Origin: Candidatus Methanogranum gryphiswaldense
GTDB lineage: Archaea; Thermoplasmatota; Thermoplasmata; Methanomassiliicoccales; Methanomethylophilaceae
Direction: 5' to 3'
Length of the DNA stretch: 64,000 nt
Assembly (NCBI GenBank): GCA_019262145.1
Contig: CP076745.1
Span: 119,093 to 183,092 of the forward strand
The notes under the pieces are model-generated. The model did not search any database. It saw only the letters and a program-made list of their open reading frames with translations, and was not told where the DNA came from. Below are positions 59,647 through 64,000 of the stretch, in pieces. Numbering within the stretch: the stretch's first letter is position 1; each line of letters starts with the position of its first letter. The position numbers and the translations under genes were made by a program.

Positions 59647-61050
59647 ATGTGGGTATCTTGTGTTATGGGAATAAGTTTTAGTGACGGCAAAGTCTTGGGT
59701 ACTTTGGGGCTTTTAGCTGCGCTTATATATGTGATTGCGTTGTTTGCGGCTGCTCTTACCACTAGTGGGTTTGAGATCGGAGTAAACAACATTACAGACT
59801 TGGGTGAAACCTCTGTTTATACAGCAGGTTGCATAGTGGCTGGTCTACTGGGTCTGATCTTTGGTGCGGGCATACTTATGCGCAACATCAAAGGAGTATT
59901 CATTGCGAAGGTCTACGGCATTCTGATATTGGTCGCAGCCGTTGTCCTTATAGTATTAGGTGCAACAAAATCTGATAGTACAGTTGTAATGATTTTTGAG
60001 ATTGTAGCTATTATTGCTGTGATTTCTGAGGTAGGATTCAATTGGATCTCAGAACAAAAGGCATTGATGGTGGTATCTGCATTTTTTGCAATATTCATGA
60101 TTGGAACTGCAGCACTTGATGCCATTCTTGGATTTGGATTTGCAGTATTCACAGCATTATGGATAATACTCACTGCTGTATCATATATCTCAGAAGGACA
60201 ATGTGAAGCATGTACCAAGAAAACGAGTAAACCGATTAACAAAAAAGATAACAAAAGTGTTGGTAAACAAAAACAGCAAGCTTCTGTAAAAACTACCGAA
60301 AAGGTCCCCTCGAAGAAAGTAGAGGAAACAAAGAAGTCTGCCACCGTTACTTTGAAAACCGATGCATCCAAAGCAGAAGTTAAGGCAGAAGGCCCTAAAG
60401 TTGAGCCTAAAAAGAACGACGTTCAGAAGGAAACTCTCAAAGTAGAGGAAAAAAAGGAAGAGCTTCCCAAATTGAAGGTCATGAGTTCAAGGGAAGCGGC
60501 TGTTGTTCGGGATACGAAAAAAGTGGATGATGTCAAGGTTGAAGTTCCAGTCGAGAAGACTACCAAACAGCCTGCCGAATCTGTAAAGGATATGCCGGTC
60601 AGCAATGTGTCGGAAAACAATGTCGAACCAATTGAAAAAGTTAAGGTAGAATCTGTTTCTATTGTGCAGGAAGAAATAAGAATAACAGATCCGGACGATG
60701 AAGTTGAAGAGCTCGAAGGAGATCTCGAAGAGGTTAATATCACTGAGGATACGCCAGATGCTTTGGTCAGGAGGGCTGCATGGAATAAAGGATTGAGATG
60801 CAGAAGGAATTATGGAGAACATAAGATTCCAGTTGCATTTGTCAAAGGTAAGGTGGCTGTATACATTTCCTCTGAGATTGGAGATAAGGCCGAAGATGAA
60901 GCACTCATAGCCGAGGGATGGGTCGTTCTACATTACGTGGAATGTGACATAACAGATGGAAAATCACAAGGTGAAGAGATTGCCAAAGCTTTGAAGGAGA
61001 ATCTCAAGGCTGAACGCGCCTCTAAGAAGAAAAAGAAATTTAGAAAGTGA
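59647..61050 (+). CDS. Membrane protein (DUF998-like N-domain) fused via a Lys/Glu-rich linker to a DUF559/Vsr-like C-terminal domain
   Basis: 467 aa: about 180 aa with 6 TM, about 170 aa of low-complexity K/E/V-rich linker, then GLRCRRNYGEHKIPVAFVKGKVAVYISSEIGDKAEDEALIAEGWVVLHYVECDI. Alternative ATG at 59665. Confidence 0.7.
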   Translation: MWVSCVMGISFSDGKVLGTLGLLAALIYVIALFAAALTTSGFEIGVNNITDLGETSVYTAGCIVAGLLGLIFGAGILMRNIKGVFIAKVYGILILVAAVVLIVLGATKSDSTVVMIFEIVAIIAVISEVGFNWISEQKALMVVSAFFAIFMIGTAALDAILGFGFAVFTALWIILTAVSYISEGQCEACTKKTSKPINKKDNKSVGKQKQQASVKTTEKVPSKKVEETKKSATVTLKTDASKAEVKAEGPKVEPKKNDVQKETLKVEEKKEELPKLKVMSSREAAVVRDTKKVDDVKVEVPVEKTTKQPAESVKDMPVSNVSENNVEPIEKVKVESVSIVQEEIRITDPDDEVEELEGDLEEVNITEDTPDALVRRAAWNKGLRCRRNYGEHKIPVAFVKGKVAVYISSEIGDKAEDEALIAEGWVVLHYVECDITDGKSQGEEIAKALKENLKAERASKKKKKFRK

Positions 61051-61130
61051 AATTCATTCAAACCCTTTATTAAACCATTTTCTTTAAACAAATTTATAAA
61101 CAGGCATCTCTCTATTAAGGGTCGGGGTGC

Positions 61131-61910
61131 ATGATGGCCATCAGTGGTTTTAGTGGGTTAATCGGTAGGGCAAAGTCCGTTAGCTTTGGAACTTACGATG
61201 TACGTATGGCAGTTGTTATGTGCCTCTTTTTGTCAGCGGTACTTTGGTGGATCCCAATCATTGGCCCTGCTATAGCTGGGTATGTTTGTGGAAGGAAATG
61301 CGGTTCCATGACCAAAGGCGTCATTTGTGCCTTGTTAGCTGGTGTTCTTTTGGTATTCGTGGCATGGGGGCTATCGCAATTGATCCTTTCTGCAGGTGGA
61401 TTCCCAGAGGTATCAGCAGAGGAAGCAGCAGGAAATCTAGGGGGGTTGTCCGGTCTTATTGGATCGTATCTGACATCCTTCTTTAATCCGGGAACATCTG
61501 CACTGGCACTTTCCAAGTTGGGCTTAGTTATTGTCTTTGGCCTAGTTGGTGGAATGCTGTCTAGACAGATCAGAAAAGAGACGACCGATCTTCTTGCTAC
61601 TGGTGCTGTTGAGGGTGCAATCAGACCTACAGCAAGATCCATGGAACTGTACTATCGTAACAAGACACTTGGGTTTGAGTCATTTGATGACTGCATTGAA
61701 TCTCAGGGCATGATTGTCAACAATAATCCCGATTCAAAGAAATCAGAGCCTTCAAGGGCAACGGCCCGTGATAAGCCTACTGGAACAACAGTTCAAACGG
61801 TTACGACCACTGTATCTCCCAGTTCATCCACGTCGACAGAGGATGAGTCGCCCAATCCATTCTCTGATATTTTGGACAGGTCAGCTCGTAAGAAAAATGG
61901 TTCCCCTTAA
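61131..61910 (+). CDS. Hypothetical membrane protein with Ser/Thr-rich tail
   Basis: 259 aa with 4-5 TM (WWIPIIGPAIAGYVCGRKCG) followed by a T/S-rich C-terminus. Confidence 0.6.
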   Translation: MMAISGFSGLIGRAKSVSFGTYDVRMAVVMCLFLSAVLWWIPIIGPAIAGYVCGRKCGSMTKGVICALLAGVLLVFVAWGLSQLILSAGGFPEVSAEEAAGNLGGLSGLIGSYLTSFFNPGTSALALSKLGLVIVFGLVGGMLSRQIRKETTDLLATGAVEGAIRPTARSMELYYRNKTLGFESFDDCIESQGMIVNNNPDSKKSEPSRATARDKPTGTTVQTVTTTVSPSSSTSTEDESPNPFSDILDRSARKKNGSP

Positions 61911-61977
61911 TGGCGCGCGTGTGTGTGGCAAGTTATTAATATGGACACCCAATGTAGGAGTGTTAGAGGCTGATAGC

Positions 61978-62274
61978 TTGTTTTGCTCATGCGGTTCAAT
62001 GATGTTTCCTAAGGATGGCAAGTACGTGTGTAATGCGTGCGGCGCTGTGAAAGAGATCGGCAGTAACAGCCAGGTTGTCAAGACCGAGTCCAAGGACAGA
62101 GAGACAACAGTCATTAAGGAGAACATAGCGACACTCCCCAAGACGCGTATAACCTGTTCGGAGTGTGGTCACACGGAAGCGTATTTTGTCATTAGACAGA
62201 CTCGTGCAGCCGATGAACCTGAAACAAGGATATATCGTTGCTGTAAATGCAACCACTCGTGGAGAGAGTACTGA
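61978..62274 (+). CDS. tfs: Transcription factor S (TFIIS/RpoM-like cleavage factor)
   Basis: C-terminal TFIIS ribbon CSECGH...QTRAADEPETRIYRCCKCNHSW, and N-terminal ribbon FCSCGSMMFPKDGKYVCNACG. Start inferred as TTG at 61978, with GAGG 9 nt upstream. GTG at 61960 is also possible. Confidence 0.8.
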   Translation: MFCSCGSMMFPKDGKYVCNACGAVKEIGSNSQVVKTESKDRETTVIKENIATLPKTRITCSECGHTEAYFVIRQTRAADEPETRIYRCCKCNHSWREY

Positions 62275-62297
62275 ACTCTTGGACGGAAGGTAAAATT

Positions 62298-63035
62298 ATG
62301 TTCAAGGCAGAAATTAAGTCGGAAACGTTGAAAGGGCTCGTAAATATAATTTCCACTCTTATCGATGAGGTTAAGTTCAATATCGATCAGAATGGCATGA
62401 GTTTAAAAGCAGTGGATCCAGCACACGTTGCTATGATAGAGCTTAATGTTGGTGCTAAAGCATTCGAGTCATTTTCTGCAAGTGAGACGGAGATCGGTTT
62501 GGATCTCGATAAGGTCAAGACAGTTCTGAAACTTGCTGGTCCAGGTGATATCATAATCATGGAACAGGATGAAACTCAGGGAAGACTTGTGTTCAAGATA
62601 GGAAATATTACCAGACGCATGAATCTCGTGGACACATCAAGTATGAGTGATGCAAAGGTCCCGCAACTTACTCTGTCTGCAAAGGTAAGTATATCCATCG
62701 ATCAGCTTCAGAGAGGAATCCGCGCAGCGGAGTCCATTTCAGATCATATTTCGCTCAAGGCCGATCCAGAGGGATTTGAGCTTTCTTGTGAGGGGGATAC
62801 GGATTACGCAAGTCTGAGGGTCGAGAAGGCTCAGCTTGTGAGTCTTAATACACCATCGGCGGTGTGCAGTCTTTTTCCTCTAGATTACTTTTCCAATCTT
62901 GTTAAGGCCGTACCAGCAGGAACAGTAGTTACTGTTGAGTTGGACGACGATTATCCAGTTAGGATGTTATTCACATTGGCCAACGGAGAGGTCAGTGTCT
63001 GTTATTTCCTCGCACCCAGAATTGAAAGCGATTAA
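62298..63035 (+). CDS. pcn: DNA polymerase sliding clamp (PCNA)
   Basis: 245 aa. The N-terminus MFKAEIKSETLKGLVNIISTLIDEVKF and overall length and organisation are typical of archaeal PCNA. GGAAGG RBS. The ORF-track start at 62247 overlaps tfs. Confidence 0.85.
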   Translation: MFKAEIKSETLKGLVNIISTLIDEVKFNIDQNGMSLKAVDPAHVAMIELNVGAKAFESFSASETEIGLDLDKVKTVLKLAGPGDIIIMEQDETQGRLVFKIGNITRRMNLVDTSSMSDAKVPQLTLSAKVSISIDQLQRGIRAAESISDHISLKADPEGFELSCEGDTDYASLRVEKAQLVSLNTPSAVCSLFPLDYFSNLVKAVPAGTVVTVELDDDYPVRMLFTLANGEVSVCYFLAPRIESD

Positions 63036-63045
63036 GAGGGATTCG

Positions 63046-63873
63046 ATGGAGCACAGCGTCGACGAGATCAAGAACATTGCTAACATCCTTAGGTTGGATG
63101 TTATTGAGATGACGACAGTAGCAAAATCTGGACATCCTGGTGGTTCTTTATCTTCGGCCGATTTTATGGCGGCCTTATATTTTCATGTGTTGAAACACGA
63201 TCCATCCAATCCTAATTGGGAGGATAGAGACAGATTTATTCTTTCGAAGGGGCACGTTGCGCCAATATTGTATGCGACTCTTGCGGAGGCAGGTTATTTT
63301 CCAAAGGAAGAACTCAAAACTCTTAGGAAATTGGGCTCGCATCTGCAGGGCCACCCTGTGCGTGGAAAGGTTCCGGGAGTGGAGATGTCCACAGGGTCTC
63401 TTGGACAGGGATTGAGCATGTCTTGTGGAATTGCTCTTGCTGGTAAAAAGGATGGTAAGGATTACAAGGTTTTTTGTCTGTTGGGGGATGGAGAACTTCA
63501 GAGTGGACAAAATTGGGAAGCGGCAATGTTCGCCCATCAGTATGGACTTAATAATTTGATTGCTGTTGTTGATCGTAATCGTTTGCAAATAACAGGGAAT
63601 ACAGAGAACATAATGTCTTTGGACCCTCTGCCTGAAAAATGGAGTGCATTCGGGTGGAATGTCATTATTGTCGACGGGCACAATGTTCGTCAGATAATAG
63701 AAGCATGCGACAAGGCCAAAGAGTCAAAAAAGAACCCCGTAGTCATAATAATGAATACAATAAAAGGAAAAGGAGTGTCCTTCATGGAAAACAACACAGA
63801 TTTCCACGGTAAGGCATGCAATTTCAACGAATACGAAGCTGCCGTAAAAGAAATCAAGGATGTGATCCATTGA
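63046..63873 (+). CDS. Transketolase, N-terminal (TPP-binding) subunit
   Basis: SGHPGGSLSSADFMAALYF and the TPP motif CLLGDGELQSGQNWEA. Confidence 0.9.
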   Translation: MEHSVDEIKNIANILRLDVIEMTTVAKSGHPGGSLSSADFMAALYFHVLKHDPSNPNWEDRDRFILSKGHVAPILYATLAEAGYFPKEELKTLRKLGSHLQGHPVRGKVPGVEMSTGSLGQGLSMSCGIALAGKKDGKDYKVFCLLGDGELQSGQNWEAAMFAHQYGLNNLIAVVDRNRLQITGNTENIMSLDPLPEKWSAFGWNVIIVDGHNVRQIIEACDKAKESKKNPVVIIMNTIKGKGVSFMENNTDFHGKACNFNEYEAAVKEIKDVIH

Positions 63874-64000
63874 CGACCGGAAAGAAGATCGCACAGCGTA
63901 ATTATTTTGGTAAGGCCTTAGTGGACCTTGCTGAGAGCAAGCCCAATCTTTTTGTTATTGATGCAGATCTGGCGGGATCTACGAAAACATCGGATTTCAA
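63870..64000 (+). CDS. Transketolase, C-terminal (pyrimidine-binding) subunit, 3'-truncated by the window end
   Basis: Hand translation from a TTG overlapping the upstream TGA: LTTGKKIAQRNYFGKALVDLAESKPNLFVIDADLAGSTKTSDF. Confidence 0.75.
   Translation, partial: MTTGKKIAQRNYFGKALVDLAESKPNLFVIDADLAGSTKTSDF

Overview
This is a dense, almost gap-free archaeal chromosomal segment. I call 76 protein-coding genes, one of them a 58-codon ORF below the ORF-track cut-off, plus one tRNA-Lys(CUU). I saw no rRNA, CRISPR array, integrase, transposase or recognisable defence genes. The content is overwhelmingly core housekeeping. It includes the conserved archaeal cluster rpl7ae-rps28e-rpl24e-ndk-aIF5B / rps6e-aIF2gamma-PIN. 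Replication and repair genes are a GINS-like protein, a Toprim protein, two RPA subunits, XPD and PCNA. Transcription genes are RpoK, TFS and MBF1. Proteostasis and RNA-processing genes are PAN, Csl4, a beta-CASP nuclease, METTL5-like and TrmI methyltransferases, and a ThiI-like PP-loop protein. Metabolic genes cover purine synthesis (prs, purS-purL-purQ, purP, purH), CoA synthesis (coaBC and pantoate kinase following tmk, plus an MfnA-type decarboxylase), serine synthesis (aminotransferase-serA), nadC, gdhA and a split transketolase. The first 8.5 kb is an envelope/glycosylation neighbourhood with GtrA, a GT4 enzyme, a DedA-like protein and two paralogous GT-C-like membrane proteins. Many adjacent genes share ATGA/TAATG stop-start overlaps, which indicates tight operons. 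My lineage inference is a euryarchaeon of Thermoplasmata/Methanomassiliicoccales type, based on the archaeal pantoate kinase, the RbkR-type riboflavin-kinase fusion, and TAG being almost unused as a stop. I cannot verify this here. I do not see a clear-cut novel multi-gene system such as a defence island or mobile element. The best leads are modest: (1) an unannotated 58-aa ORF locked into the csl4 operon by two ATGA overlaps; (2) a GT-C / exoprotein / GT-C cassette; (3) a membrane protein fused through a long Lys/Glu-rich linker to a degenerate DUF559/Vsr-like domain; (4) an mfnA plus ATP-grasp pair; (5) several candidate cis-regulatory elements, namely a K-turn-like L7Ae leader, TTGTACAA palindromes at gdhA and an inverted repeat at rbkR; (6) near-absence of TAG stops.
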